From Polyangiaceae bacterium (GTDB taxonomy: Bacteria; Myxococcota_A; Polyangia; Polyangiales; Polyangiaceae), in assembly GCA_044222475.1 (NCBI GenBank), contig JBGANF010000005.1:1-64000 (forward strand): 64,000 nt of DNA, written 5' to 3'. Positions 32,374 to 42,698 of this stretch are shown here, piece after piece. The notes under the pieces are model-generated. The model made no database searches. It saw nothing but the letters and a program-made list of their open reading frames with translations, and was not told the origin of the DNA. The position numbers and the translations under genes are program-made. Numbering within the stretch: position 1 is the stretch's first letter; the number at the start of each line of letters is the position of its first letter.

Positions 32374-33168
32374 GTGCCGCGGCTGAAGCCGATTCGCAGG
32401 GGGCATTTCGTCGACGTGGGCGCGGTCCACCCGACCGGCCTCGGACCGCGCCGCGTCCGCGCCTACGTCCCGGTCGCGCCCGCGGCGGGAACGAAGCGGC
32501 CGCTGCTCGTCCTCTTCGACGGCCAGAACGTGTTCGGCGACGAAGGATCGTTCGCTGGCGGGTGGCACGCGCACGAGGCGGTGGACAAGCTCGTCGCCTG
32601 GAAGCCCGTCGCCCCAATCGTGGTCGGAGTCGATCACGGGGGCGTCTCGCGCATGGACGAGCTCACCCCCTTCGCCGACGGCCAGCGCGGCGGCAAGCTC
32701 GACGCCATCATCGGCACCCTCGTCGACGAGCTCCTGCCGCGGCTCCACTCGCGATTCGAGCTCGGCTACGGGCCAGGCTCGCACTTCGTCGGTGGCTCGT
32801 CGCTCGGCGGATTGGCTGCACTCTACACGCACTTGAAACGGCCCGACGTCTTCGGCGGGGCGATCGCGATGTCGCCCTCCCTGTGGTTCACCCGCGCCAA
32901 GGTCGACGCGTTCGTCCGAGAACAGCAGAACCCCTACCGATCGCGGATCTACCTCGATGCGGGCGTGCGCGAAGGTGGGGGCCGGATGCTCCCCCTCGCG
33001 GAGCGGTTCGCCGAGCACTTCCGGAGCCGCGGATGGTCCCCGCCCGAGCCCTCCGGACCGGCGCGTGATCTGCGCATCCTGATGCGAGCCGACGCCCGCG
33101 GCGGCCACGACGAACGTGCATGGCGGAGGCGGTTTCCCAAAGCGCTTCGGTTCCTCTGCGAGCCTTGA
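32374..33168 (+). CDS. Alpha/beta hydrolase esterase (IroE/Fes-like)
   Basis: 'LFDGQNVF', 'GGSSLGG', 'IYLDAG', 'HDERAWRRR'. Confidence 0.85.
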   Translation: MPRLKPIRRGHFVDVGAVHPTGLGPRRVRAYVPVAPAAGTKRPLLVLFDGQNVFGDEGSFAGGWHAHEAVDKLVAWKPVAPIVVGVDHGGVSRMDELTPFADGQRGGKLDAIIGTLVDELLPRLHSRFELGYGPGSHFVGGSSLGGLAALYTHLKRPDVFGGAIAMSPSLWFTRAKVDAFVREQQNPYRSRIYLDAGVREGGGRMLPLAERFAEHFRSRGWSPPEPSGPARDLRILMRADARGGHDERAWRRRFPKALRFLCEP

Positions 33169-33190
33169 CGGGTGGTGATAGACTGCCGCA

Positions 33191-34564
33191 ATGCGTCGCT
33201 TCTCGACCCTTGCCTTCACGGCGGTTGCACTCTCCTCTCTTGCTGGCTGCGCCCTGATCCTCGGATCGTTCACCACCGACGGAACGATCGGCGGTGGAGA
33301 CGGCGGCCCTGACTCTCGCGTGGACGGCGCGACGGACGGCGGCGACGGTGGTCCCCCGCAGAAGGTCTTGGGCTGCAGCCTCGACGGCATCCCGCACAAG
33401 GTCATCAGCAACAACCTCGACATCAACGAGCAGCCGCTCGCGATCCACGCGATCAACGGCAACTCCGACCGCCGCATCGCGTACCTCCTCGCGCCGTCGC
33501 AGAAGGCTCGCTTCGTCGAAGTCGACGACGTCAAGTCGGACGGCAGCGGGTTCTCGCCGCTCCAGCAAGCGTTCGCTTCCGGCATCGAGTACGTCGGCTT
33601 CGACAACTTCGACGGGGGATTCGCCTTCATCGGATACGACGGCTCGGCGCTGACCCTCCGCGGGAGCTACCTCCGCGACAACGACAAGACGCCGTCCTTC
33701 CCCCAAGCGATCGCGGTCAACCCGCCGCTCACGAATGGCACCAGCAACTTCAACACGGCCATCGTCCCGCTCGATCTCGCGAACGGGATCTTCTTCGTCG
33801 CGGTGTCGTTCTCGATCAACAACCAGCCGCAGCAGGATCTCTACGCCGGTACCGTGGACCTCAACAAAGGCAACGGACCAGGGCTCGAGAAGATCCAGGG
33901 GTTCGCGAGCCGGCCCGAGTTCAGCTCGTCCAGCATCGTGCTCGACCGCGCCAACCACCAGGCCGCGATCATCATCAGCCCCGACAAAGGCCTCGGCGAC
34001 TCGCAGGTGCTCACCATCGACTTCACCTCGACGCCGAAGTCGCTCGGGATGCGCAACCTGCCTGGGCCTCAAGCGGCTCACGTCGTCGCGAGCTTCATGG
34101 CACCGAGCGTGCCCGCGCCGGGGACCAACGGTGCGTCGTTCCTCACCGGCGATCTCACGAACAGCAGCGTGCCGTTCAACATGTTCGCCGGGACCCTCCA
34201 GGACGACAAGACGAAGACCTTTCTCGTCGGTGACCTCCCGGCACCGACGAAATTCGACTCGATCGACGACCTCGCCGTCGACAAGTCGGCGTTCGAGTGG
34301 CGCTTCTTCCAGGTCATCGGCCCGCAGCTCGTGATCGCGGGCCGCAAGACCGGCACGGGCGACGGCGTGAACATCTTGTGGTTCGACGGAAAAGGAACCC
34401 TCCGCGGCAAAGCGAGCGGAGCCACCGCGCTCGTGCCGACCGAAAAAGTCTCCGGCGCCGCCGCGACGTTCCGCAGCCCGCCGGCGGCCGTGTTCGCCCA
34501 GCTCGCCATGATGTGGCGCACCGAGGCGCACGACGTGATGATCGCCGACGTCACCTGCAAGTGA
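33191..34564 (+). CDS. Hypothetical lipoprotein
   Basis: Lipobox 'LAGC', DGG-rich linker, beta-rich body. Confidence 0.7.
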   Translation: MRRFSTLAFTAVALSSLAGCALILGSFTTDGTIGGGDGGPDSRVDGATDGGDGGPPQKVLGCSLDGIPHKVISNNLDINEQPLAIHAINGNSDRRIAYLLAPSQKARFVEVDDVKSDGSGFSPLQQAFASGIEYVGFDNFDGGFAFIGYDGSALTLRGSYLRDNDKTPSFPQAIAVNPPLTNGTSNFNTAIVPLDLANGIFFVAVSFSINNQPQQDLYAGTVDLNKGNGPGLEKIQGFASRPEFSSSSIVLDRANHQAAIIISPDKGLGDSQVLTIDFTSTPKSLGMRNLPGPQAAHVVASFMAPSVPAPGTNGASFLTGDLTNSSVPFNMFAGTLQDDKTKTFLVGDLPAPTKFDSIDDLAVDKSAFEWRFFQVIGPQLVIAGRKTGTGDGVNILWFDGKGTLRGKASGATALVPTEKVSGAAATFRSPPAAVFAQLAMMWRTEAHDVMIADVTCK

Positions 34565-34565
34565 G

Positions 34566-36335
34566 TTGTCCAGGTCCGCGAAGATCGTCGGCTGGCTCTT
34601 CGCCGCCCAGTTCGCAGCGCTCGATCTAGCGCTTCGCGGGCCGAGCGCGTGGTGGCAATCGCCCGGCATCGCGATCGGCGCGATCGCGAGCGCCGCGCTG
34701 TGGTGGCACGCGACGATGATCACGTCGCGCGCTCTTCGCGTCGCGTGCGCGATCCTCGCGGCAGCGATCCTCGTCACCCAAGCGGGGTTCTTCCGCTACT
34801 ACCACGTGTTCTTCGGCGTCGACGCAGCCGGCGCCGCGCGCTTCATGTGGGGCGACACGAAGCCGATGCTCCTGCGGATCGCACCGTGGCTGACGCTCGG
34901 TACGATCCTCGTGGCTGGGCTCGAGTGGCTCGCGCTCCGGCGCGCTGCCAGACGCCCGACGCGCCGGTGGGGCGCGATCGTCGCGCTCGTGTCGTGCGCG
35001 GGTGCGTTCCTCGTCCGCGGCGACGGTCCACCGGACGCGAGCGCGCTCGCCGCCCTGCTCCGCTTCGCGATCCCCAAGAAAGCGACGACCACCACCAGCG
35101 TGGTCGTCCCGGACGTTCGCACCGAGAGGCGCCCCGCCGCCGTGCTCCTCCTACTCGACGAGAGCATCCGCGCCTCGGACTACTGCCAGGCCGGTGGACC
35201 CGACTGCGAGATCGCGCCGCGCACGGCTGCGCTGACGCCCGATCGGATCGTGTTCCGCGAGATGCGCTCGGTCGCGAGCTACACCGCGCTCTCGGTCGGG
35301 GCGCTCTTCACCGGACGACTGCCCATAGAGGGACAGAAGGTCTTCGCGACCGCACCGATGCTCTTCGACGTCGTCCGTGCCATTCGGCTCGAAGGCGACG
35401 CGCGGCCGACGGTCCACTACGTCTCCGCGCAGACCGACTCGTTCTTCGAGCGCACCGATCTTCCCCAGGTGCTCGACACGTTCGTCACCGTGAAGGACCT
35501 CGTGGGCCATCCGGTCGACGACATCGACGACGTGATCGACGCCGGCACGGATCGCCTCCTCGCCGACCGCGCGGAGCAGAAGCTCGCAACCCTGAAGCCG
35601 CCGTTTCTCTTCGTCGCGCACTTCGCGGGAACCCACGCGCCGTATTTCGTGGACGACGCGAAGGCGCCCTATCGTCCGTACACCCACGCGGCGATGTGGA
35701 GCGGCCTCGGCGAGTTGCATGCGGCCTACAAGGACGCGATCTACGCCCAGGACGAGAGCGTCGCCCGCGTGATCGAGGCGTTTCGGCGCGCCGCCGGCGA
35801 TGCCCCGTCGCTCGTCCTGTTCACGAGCGATCACGGCGAGTCGTTCGGCGAGCACTCCGCGATTCACCACGGGCAGGACCTCTACGACGAGCAGATCCAC
35901 GTGCCGGCATTCGCGGTCGTCCACCACGACGACCGCGCGGCGGCGATGCGCGCTCACGAGGGCGACTACCTCACCCACCTCGACGTTCTGCCGACGATCA
36001 TCGACATGTTCGGTGCCCACGGCGCGTTTCCGCTGCGCGCGACGGAGGATCCGCTCCGTGGCCGGAGCCTGCTCCGCCCGTTCGCCGGAGACGGGCTGCA
36101 GATCCTCGCGCTCACCAACTGCACCGACATCTTCCCGTGCCCGGTGAAGACGTACGGGATGATGCAGGGGAGCCACGCGCTCACCGCCCAGCCGTGGGAC
36201 TATGGCTGGCGCTGCGTCGACCTCCACGACGACGCGACCGCTCTGGATCCGAAGTCGCCGGAGTGCGATGCGTTGGGCCGCGCGTCCCACGACCACTACC
36301 CGACGATCCCCTGCGGGGCGAAGAACCCCTGGTAG
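34566..36335 (+). CDS. Membrane sulfatase-like transferase (pEtN transferase/LTA synthase family)
   Basis: N-terminal TMs; 'LLLDES', 'SYTALS', 'GTHAPY', 'FTSDHGE'. Confidence 0.8.
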   Translation: MSRSAKIVGWLFAAQFAALDLALRGPSAWWQSPGIAIGAIASAALWWHATMITSRALRVACAILAAAILVTQAGFFRYYHVFFGVDAAGAARFMWGDTKPMLLRIAPWLTLGTILVAGLEWLALRRAARRPTRRWGAIVALVSCAGAFLVRGDGPPDASALAALLRFAIPKKATTTTSVVVPDVRTERRPAAVLLLLDESIRASDYCQAGGPDCEIAPRTAALTPDRIVFREMRSVASYTALSVGALFTGRLPIEGQKVFATAPMLFDVVRAIRLEGDARPTVHYVSAQTDSFFERTDLPQVLDTFVTVKDLVGHPVDDIDDVIDAGTDRLLADRAEQKLATLKPPFLFVAHFAGTHAPYFVDDAKAPYRPYTHAAMWSGLGELHAAYKDAIYAQDESVARVIEAFRRAAGDAPSLVLFTSDHGESFGEHSAIHHGQDLYDEQIHVPAFAVVHHDDRAAAMRAHEGDYLTHLDVLPTIIDMFGAHGAFPLRATEDPLRGRSLLRPFAGDGLQILALTNCTDIFPCPVKTYGMMQGSHALTAQPWDYGWRCVDLHDDATALDPKSPECDALGRASHDHYPTIPCGAKNPW

Positions 36336-37511
36336 TCAGCTCCCGAGCGGCTTCACGTAGGGCGACGCGCGGTCGCCGTCGAAGATCGCTCCCACGCGCT
36401 TCGCGAACGCCGCTCCGTCGAGGAAGACGGAGAGGTTGCGGCTCTTCTCGAAGTAGTCGCCCTCCCAGTTGCTCGTGCCGATCCACGCCGAGTCTTCGTC
36501 GAAGACGGCGAACTTCGCGTGGACGACGCGCGCAAAAGGTACCTCGCCCTTCGACCACGGCGGGATCGTGAGGACCGAGACGTGGGCGCCGGCCGCGGCG
36601 AGCTCGGCGAGCGTCGGCTCCTTCTCGTTCCACGCCGACACGATCATCTGCACGTCGACCTTGCGGGCGATCGCGCGCCGAAGCGCGTCGTCGAGGACGG
36701 TGAAGGCCGACCCGTCGCGGCTCTTCCGCTTGTACGTCAAGAGCTGGACTCGAATGCGTGCCTTGGCACCGTCGATCCTTCGTACCAACATGGGAAGATC
36801 CCATGCAGCGTCGTTGCCGAGGAACCCGCGCGGGCTCGCGGCGACCGTCAGCGGTTCACCGCCTGCGCTCTCGGGGAAGGTGGGCCACGCGATGGCCGCG
36901 TAGCGCTCCGGCCCTGCACCGCCCTCGACGTCCCAGTCCGCCGCGAAGATCTCGCTCACGGCGCGAACCGCGCTGGGACCACGGAGCAGCACGCCGAGCT
37001 CCTGGATGTGGTCGAGCGAACGCCAGTCGAAGTTCTGACTGCCGACGTAGGCCTCGGTGCCATCGACCACGAAGTACTTCGCGTGGAGGATGCCCCCCAT
37101 CGTCTTGGAGCGGTCGAAGTGGCGCACCTCGAAGCCGGCGTGCTTCGCGAACCGGTCCACGGTCTCGGGGTACTTCGCGTAGAACGCCTGCTCGACCAGG
37201 AACCGGACCTTCACGCCGCGATCGGCCGCCGCCTCGAGGGCGAGGACGATCTCGTGGAGCGCGCTCGGATCCTGGTCGCTCGCGTAGAACTCGGCGAGGT
37301 CGATGCGCGACTTCGCACGACGCACCATCGCGAGCCACACGTCCTTGGCGTCGGGGACGTCGGGGTGGTCGAGCGTCGTCTCGACGGGCCACGACTCGAC
37401 GAGCTCCACGGCCGGTGGCGCCGTGACGCGCGCGACGGTCGGGCCGGGGACGACGGGGGGAGGAGCGGCGGCGCAGGCGACGAGAAGCGACGAGATCAGC
37501 GCGCGGCGCAC
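36336..37511 (-). CDS. Phospholipase D family lipoprotein (PLD3-like)
   Basis: Two HKD motifs, 'LHAKYFVVD...GSQN' and 'VHAKFAVFD...GTSN'; lipobox LVAC. Confidence 0.9.
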   Translation of the reverse strand: MRRALISSLLVACAAAPPPVVPGPTVARVTAPPAVELVESWPVETTLDHPDVPDAKDVWLAMVRRAKSRIDLAEFYASDQDPSALHEIVLALEAAADRGVKVRFLVEQAFYAKYPETVDRFAKHAGFEVRHFDRSKTMGGILHAKYFVVDGTEAYVGSQNFDWRSLDHIQELGVLLRGPSAVRAVSEIFAADWDVEGGAGPERYAAIAWPTFPESAGGEPLTVAASPRGFLGNDAAWDLPMLVRRIDGAKARIRVQLLTYKRKSRDGSAFTVLDDALRRAIARKVDVQMIVSAWNEKEPTLAELAAAGAHVSVLTIPPWSKGEVPFARVVHAKFAVFDEDSAWIGTSNWEGDYFEKSRNLSVFLDGAAFAKRVGAIFDGDRASPYVKPLGS

Positions 37512-37539
37512 TTCGCCACGCTACCACGCTCGATGCGGT

Positions 37540-38463
37540 TCACCAGCCGGCGCGGCGAATGCCCTTGTACGCGGTGCCCGCGGTGCGGAGGTTGTGCACG
37601 ATGCCGTACGAGCAGCCCCGCGCTTCGTACGTCCACATCGAGCCCCAGCCGTCGCCCGACTCGTAGAGGACGATGTGCCCCGCTCCGTTCTCGTTGTAGA
37701 CGAGCGCGTCGGCCTTCTTGAGGCTGCTGCGCGAGACGGTGCTCCACAGCGAGCTCGACGCGTTGAAGTTCACCGTGCTGTACGGGTGGCTGTCGACGCT
37801 GACGTCGGTGTTCGACGAGGGGACCTGCCAGACCTTGGCCACGAACCCGGAGCAGTCGGCGCCGTTGCTCGCGCCTCCGTGCGTGCAGCTCGGGCAGCTC
37901 CCCGAGCACGTACCCTTGTTCGACGACGTCGCCCCGCTCGCCTGCCACTTGCCGTGGCCCCACCAGTACGTGAACCCGACGCCGGTCTTCGCGCGATCGA
38001 TTGCCTTGTCCTGCGCGGTCGAGCTGCTGCCACCGCCGCCGCCGCCGCTCACGACCTTGAGGTACTTCGCCGATGCCCACCCCTCGAGCCCGGAGTGCTT
38101 CACGTTCAGGAAGCCCCCCTTCGACGTCGTGACGTTGACGGTGACCACCTGCGAGCCTTGCGGCATCACGCGGAGGACCGACGCGGCCGTGGAAGGCCCA
38201 CTGCGGAGGTTGAGGTCCGCGGTCGTCTCGAGCGTGGTCCCAATCGGGTACGAGATCTCCCCCGCCTCCACCGTGCCAGCGTCGACCTCGACCGGCGCAC
38301 CGTCCGGGCCCGGGGCGGCGTTGGCGCTGACCGGATCGGGATCGGGCGAGTCGTCGACGCCGACGAGCGTCGGGCTGTCCGTCGGTCCTACCTCGGTGCT
38401 GCAGGCGGCGAGGCCGAAGAAGAGGGCAGCGCAGGCGGCGAGGAGGGGCGCGCGGAGGGTCAT
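37540..38463 (-). CDS. SH3b plus NlpC/P60-like peptidoglycan hydrolase lipoprotein
   Basis: Lipobox 'LAAC'; 'LNLRSGPST...GWASAKYL'; 'ADCSGFV', 'GHIVL', 'YEA'. Confidence 0.8.
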   Translation of the reverse strand: MTLRAPLLAACAALFFGLAACSTEVGPTDSPTLVGVDDSPDPDPVSANAAPGPDGAPVEVDAGTVEAGEISYPIGTTLETTADLNLRSGPSTAASVLRVMPQGSQVVTVNVTTSKGGFLNVKHSGLEGWASAKYLKVVSGGGGGGSSSTAQDKAIDRAKTGVGFTYWWGHGKWQASGATSSNKGTCSGSCPSCTHGGASNGADCSGFVAKVWQVPSSNTDVSVDSHPYSTVNFNASSSLWSTVSRSSLKKADALVYNENGAGHIVLYESGDGWGSMWTYEARGCSYGIVHNLRTAGTAYKGIRRAGW

Positions 38464-38478
38464 CGTGCGCGCCTCTAG

Positions 38479-38495
38479 AGCGAAGCTCGTGCCAA
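38479..38495 (-). promoter_or_regulatory. Sigma54 -24/-12 promoter
   Basis: TTGGCACGAGCTTCGCT on the minus strand (GG-N10-GC), 15 nt upstream of ATG 38463. Confidence 0.6.
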
Positions 38496-38723
38496 GCCGT
38501 TTTGTCACCGCATGTAGGCAAATTCCGCCCAATGGCGCTGATGGGCGCCACCACCGATCCTCGATGGATTCGATCCCCCGTAACGCTGTTATGAGGGCGG
38601 GTGTGCGACAATGCGCACCACGTAGTCGCATCGTGCTTCGCGAGCGCGCGCGAGGGCTCGCGAGGCGGATCGGGGATGCCCCCCCTCGCTCGACGGAACG
38701 CTTTGTGCTCCCCTGCCCCCGCG

Positions 38724-39800
38724 ATGGCGGACACGGCATCGAGGCAACGGTTCTGGACCGCCGCGGCGGGGATTCTCCTCATCGCGGGAGCGGCGCTCTT
38801 CCTCCGGCGCTGCAGCGGCACGGCGCCGACGGCCGACCGCGATCACGAGGCCGCGCCGACCAAGGCCGCACCGAGGGCGAGCGCGGCTCAGCTCCCGCGC
38901 ACGGTCGTGGCGCTCCCGTCGTCGGTCGCGAGCACGTCGGGAGCGTTCGCGAGCTTCGGGTGGGGTGGCGAGGAGGGACAGGTCGGCCGCCATCGCCCGG
39001 ACGAGGCGAACCCGGAGGGCCCCATGAGCCTCGCGTCGGACGGCCACGGCGGCGCGCTCGTCCTCGATCAGGTCAACGGGAGAGTCACGCACGTCGACGC
39101 GTCGGGAAAGCGCGCGGGCTCGTTCAAGGTCCCATCGCGGGGAGCACAGGACGTCGCGACCGCCGACGACGGTACCGTCGCGGTGCTCGATCGCATGGGC
39201 AGCAAGGACGTGAAGCTCTTCGACCAGAACGGCGCACCGCGAGGAGTGCTCACGCTCGAGGGCAAGGGCATCAAAGAGAGCGGCGCCGTCACCGGCGTCT
39301 TCACCGACGGGAACAAAGTCTACGCCGAGACGGAGCACGGCCCGCTCACGCTGCTCGGCACGACGGACGGCGTCGCCGGCGATCGCACGCAGATCCCTGG
39401 ACGCCCCTCGCGCGACGGGACCTCGTACATCTCGGCCGGCATCACCAGCGCCACCGACGGGCGGCTGTGGGTGAGCGCCATCACCCGCGCGACGAACCAG
39501 CACCGCTTCACGCGCGAGCTCAAGATGGGCACGCCGGTGCCGTCGCTGCTGCTCCTCGACTCCGACAAGTCCGGAACGATCTACCTCGCGATGCTGGCCA
39601 TGCCGCAAGAGAACGACCCCATGGTCCTGCTCTCGTGCCTCGCGGGGAAGGACGGCGCGCCGATCGCGACGCTGCAGATCCCGGCAAACACGATGGCCGA
39701 AGAGACCTTCCGCGAGTTCGCCGTCCTCGACGGTGGCGGAGTCGTACACGCCGAGCTGAGCGAGTCCGGAGTCACGTACCGAAGGTACGACTGCCGATGA
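38724..39800 (+). CDS. Membrane-anchored NHL-like beta-propeller protein
   Basis: N-terminal TM; 'GPMSLASDGHGGALVLDQVNGRV'. Confidence 0.7.
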   Translation: MADTASRQRFWTAAAGILLIAGAALFLRRCSGTAPTADRDHEAAPTKAAPRASAAQLPRTVVALPSSVASTSGAFASFGWGGEEGQVGRHRPDEANPEGPMSLASDGHGGALVLDQVNGRVTHVDASGKRAGSFKVPSRGAQDVATADDGTVAVLDRMGSKDVKLFDQNGAPRGVLTLEGKGIKESGAVTGVFTDGNKVYAETEHGPLTLLGTTDGVAGDRTQIPGRPSRDGTSYISAGITSATDGRLWVSAITRATNQHRFTRELKMGTPVPSLLLLDSDKSGTIYLAMLAMPQENDPMVLLSCLAGKDGAPIATLQIPANTMAEETFREFAVLDGGGVVHAELSESGVTYRRYDCR

Positions 39801-40165
39801 GCGAGTGGCTGTCCGGCGGTTGCCACTGCGGTGCGGTGCGGTTCGCGGTCCGCGCGGCGAAGCTCGAGGCGCTCGACTGCAACTGCTCGATCTGCCGGAA
39901 GAAGGGCTTCCTGCACCTGATCGTCCCCCCGGAAGATTTCCGGCTGGAGAAAGGGGCAGACTGCCTCAGCGAGTACCGCTTCAACACCCAGACGGCGCGC
40001 CACACCTTCTGCAAGACGTGCGGAATACACCCATTTTACGAGCCTCGGTCACATCCCGGCTGGGTCGACGTGAACGTGCGCGCTCTAGACACCCCGCTCG
40101 CGCGCTTCACGATCGTCCCGTTCGACGGCGTGAACTGGGAGGAGAACGTCGGCCGAATCACGTGA
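39797..40165 (+). CDS. GFA (CENP-V) family protein
   Basis: 'GGCHCGAVRF', 'CNCSICRKKG', 'FCKTCGIHPF'. Confidence 0.92.
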   Translation: MSEWLSGGCHCGAVRFAVRAAKLEALDCNCSICRKKGFLHLIVPPEDFRLEKGADCLSEYRFNTQTARHTFCKTCGIHPFYEPRSHPGWVDVNVRALDTPLARFTIVPFDGVNWEENVGRIT

Positions 40166-40227
40166 GCCCGCGCCGGTGGTCCGATGGACTTTTCGCCGAT
40201 TAGGCGGCACGATCCGAGGACCGTTCG

Positions 40228-41694
40228 ATGACCGATGCCACGAAGTACGAGCAGGGCAAAGCCGAGGGCGAGAGCTCGCCGTCGATTGCCAACCCGAAGC
40301 CGGGTGACGTGCTCGCCGGGAAGTACCGCATCGGTCGAATCCTCGGCGAAGGCGGGATGGGAGTCGTCGTCGAAGCGACGCACCTCCAGCTGAGGCAGTC
40401 GGTCGCGATCAAGTTCATGCACCCGCGCGCCACGTTGAACAAGGACAACGTCACGCGCTTCGAGCGCGAAGCTCGAGCCGCCGTGCGGCTGAAGAGCGCG
40501 CACGTCGCCAAGGTCCTCGACACGGGCACGCTCGAGAACGGCGCGCCGTACATGGTGATGGAGTACCTGGAGGGGCGATCGCTCTCGTCGCTCGTCCGGG
40601 AGAGCGGCGGCGGGCTGCCGCTCGAAGAAGCGGTCGACTACTTCCTCCAGGCGTGCGAGGGCGTCGCCGAGGCGCACGCGCTCGGCGTCGTCCATCGGGA
40701 TCTCAAGCCTTCGAACCTGTTCCTCACGACCGGAGCCGACGGTTCTCCGACGGTGAAGGTCCTCGACTTCGGCGTCTCGAAGCTCGGCGGGCTCGCCGCG
40801 TCCACCGGCGACGACACCGCCGAGGGCGACGTGACGAAGACGCAAGCGGTCGTCGGGAGCCCACTCTACATGTCGCCGGAGCAGATGAAGTCGTCGCGCG
40901 ACGTCGATCATCGCTCCGACATCTGGTCGCTCGGAGTGTGCCTCTTCGAGATGGTGACCGGCACGATGCCGTTCGTCGCCGACTCGGTTCATCAGCAGTA
41001 CACGCTGCTCATGGTCGACGCGCCGCCGAAGCCGAGCGATCGACGTCCGGATGTACCGCCGGAGCTCGACGCGATCGTGCTGAGGTGTCTCGCTCGCGAG
41101 CGCGATGCGCGCTTCGCCGACGTCGGTGAGCTCGCCAGAGCGCTCACCCCATTCGCGAACGAGCACGCGCTCGTCGCGATCGATCGCATCAGCCGCACCC
41201 TCGTGGCCGATCGGAGCGGCAAGAGCGGGCCGTTTCCGCGCGTGCCGAGCATCCCGCCTCGCGGAATGGCGAGCACCGGTCGGGGGTCGCAACCGCGGAT
41301 CGGATCGTCCGCACCACCGCCCCCGCCGACTCCGAAGACCGACGTCACTTGGGGCGGAACGACCGCCGGCACCACGTCACCGCGACCGAGCCGCGCGCCC
41401 TACGTGATCGCCGGCATCGCGACGTGCGTCGCGCTCGCACTCGCGGGCGCGCTCTACATCGGTCGAACGCCGAAGACGACCGAGCCGGCGACCCCGAGCG
41501 CGACGGCGCCCGCGATGACGGCGAGCGCCGCCGCGAGCAGCGGGACGACGGCCTCGACCGTCGCCCCTGCCGTTTCCTCCGCGATGGCCTCGGCGACCGC
41601 GCCTCCCGCGACGACGGCGCCGAAGGCGACGAGCCGCCCCACGGCGACCGCGAAGCCGACCAGTGATACGGTGGATCTCAGCCACCGGAAATGA
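40228..41694 (+). CDS. Membrane Ser/Thr protein kinase
   Basis: 'LGEGGMG', 'VAIK', 'HRDLKPSN', 'DFG', 'YMSPEQ'; TM near the C-terminus. Confidence 0.95.
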   Translation: MTDATKYEQGKAEGESSPSIANPKPGDVLAGKYRIGRILGEGGMGVVVEATHLQLRQSVAIKFMHPRATLNKDNVTRFEREARAAVRLKSAHVAKVLDTGTLENGAPYMVMEYLEGRSLSSLVRESGGGLPLEEAVDYFLQACEGVAEAHALGVVHRDLKPSNLFLTTGADGSPTVKVLDFGVSKLGGLAASTGDDTAEGDVTKTQAVVGSPLYMSPEQMKSSRDVDHRSDIWSLGVCLFEMVTGTMPFVADSVHQQYTLLMVDAPPKPSDRRPDVPPELDAIVLRCLARERDARFADVGELARALTPFANEHALVAIDRISRTLVADRSGKSGPFPRVPSIPPRGMASTGRGSQPRIGSSAPPPPPTPKTDVTWGGTTAGTTSPRPSRAPYVIAGIATCVALALAGALYIGRTPKTTEPATPSATAPAMTASAAASSGTTASTVAPAVSSAMASATAPPATTAPKATSRPTATAKPTSDTVDLSHRK

Positions 41695-42698
41695 AGCTTC
41701 GCGCGCTCGTACTCCCCACCCTCGTCGCTTGCCTCGCCTGCCCGACCGTGGCGCTGGCGCAGGACGTCGCGACGGCGGAGGCCCTGTTCGAGCGCGCGCG
41801 ACAGCTCATGGCGCAGGGCAAGTATGCCGAAGCATGCCCGAAGCTCGCGGAGAGCCAGCGCCTCGACCCCGGCGTCGGCACGTTGCTCAACCTCGGTGAC
41901 TGCTACGACAAGAACGCCCAACCGACGCTCGCGTGGGCGACGTTTCGCGAGGCCGATGCCGTCGCGACGCACGAAGGCCAGCTCGAGCGCGCGAAGTACG
42001 CGCGCCGTCGCGCGAGTGAGCTCGAGAAGAAGCTCATCCGACTGACGATCGACGTTCCCGCCGAGGCTCGAGTGCCCGGCCTCGAGGTTCGGCGCGATGG
42101 CGAGCTGGTCCGCGAGCCCGTGTGGGGCACTGCGCTGCCGGTCGACCCCGGGACCCACGTGATCGAGGTGCGCGCGCCCGGCTACAAGACGACGCAGATG
42201 TCGATCGCGGTGACCACCGGATCGACGGTGACGATCCCCGAGCTCGAGAAGCTCCCCGACGAGGCACCGCCGGTCGTCACGCCGCCCCCGGTGGTGACGC
42301 CGCCGCCAGTCCCGCCCGAGGTGGTCGTGGTCGCGCCGCCGCCGCCAGCGGAGCCGCCGCCGAGCTCGGGGGCCGGCCAGCGCGTCGCCGGGATCGTCGT
42401 GACCTCCCTCGGGCTCGCCACCGTCGGAGTCGGGGCGATCTTCGGCGCGTTCGCGATGAGCCGCGCTTCGGCCGCGACGAACGGCGGCTGCGACAAGACG
42501 ACGTGCCCGACTCCCGAGAGTCTCCGCGATTCGAACGACGCGCTCGTGTTCGCCCGCGTGAGCACGTGGACGTTCGTCGTGGGCGCCGTCGCTGCCGCGG
42601 CCGGTCTCGTCGTCTTCTTCACCGCGCCGAAGTCGCCGAAGACCTCCGCGTGGATCGCCCCGGCCATCGGCGGCGTGTCGCTCGGGGGTTCGTTCTGA
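41691..42698 (+). CDS. Exported TPR plus PEGA-like domain protein
   Basis: 'AEALFERARQLM...ACPKLAESQRLDP..GTLLNL', 'PVDPGTHVIEVRAPG'; C-terminal TM/beta strand. Confidence 0.8.
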   Translation: MKLRALVLPTLVACLACPTVALAQDVATAEALFERARQLMAQGKYAEACPKLAESQRLDPGVGTLLNLGDCYDKNAQPTLAWATFREADAVATHEGQLERAKYARRRASELEKKLIRLTIDVPAEARVPGLEVRRDGELVREPVWGTALPVDPGTHVIEVRAPGYKTTQMSIAVTTGSTVTIPELEKLPDEAPPVVTPPPVVTPPPVPPEVVVVAPPPPAEPPPSSGAGQRVAGIVVTSLGLATVGVGAIFGAFAMSRASAATNGGCDKTTCPTPESLRDSNDALVFARVSTWTFVVGAVAAAAGLVVFFTAPKSPKTSAWIAPAIGGVSLGGSF

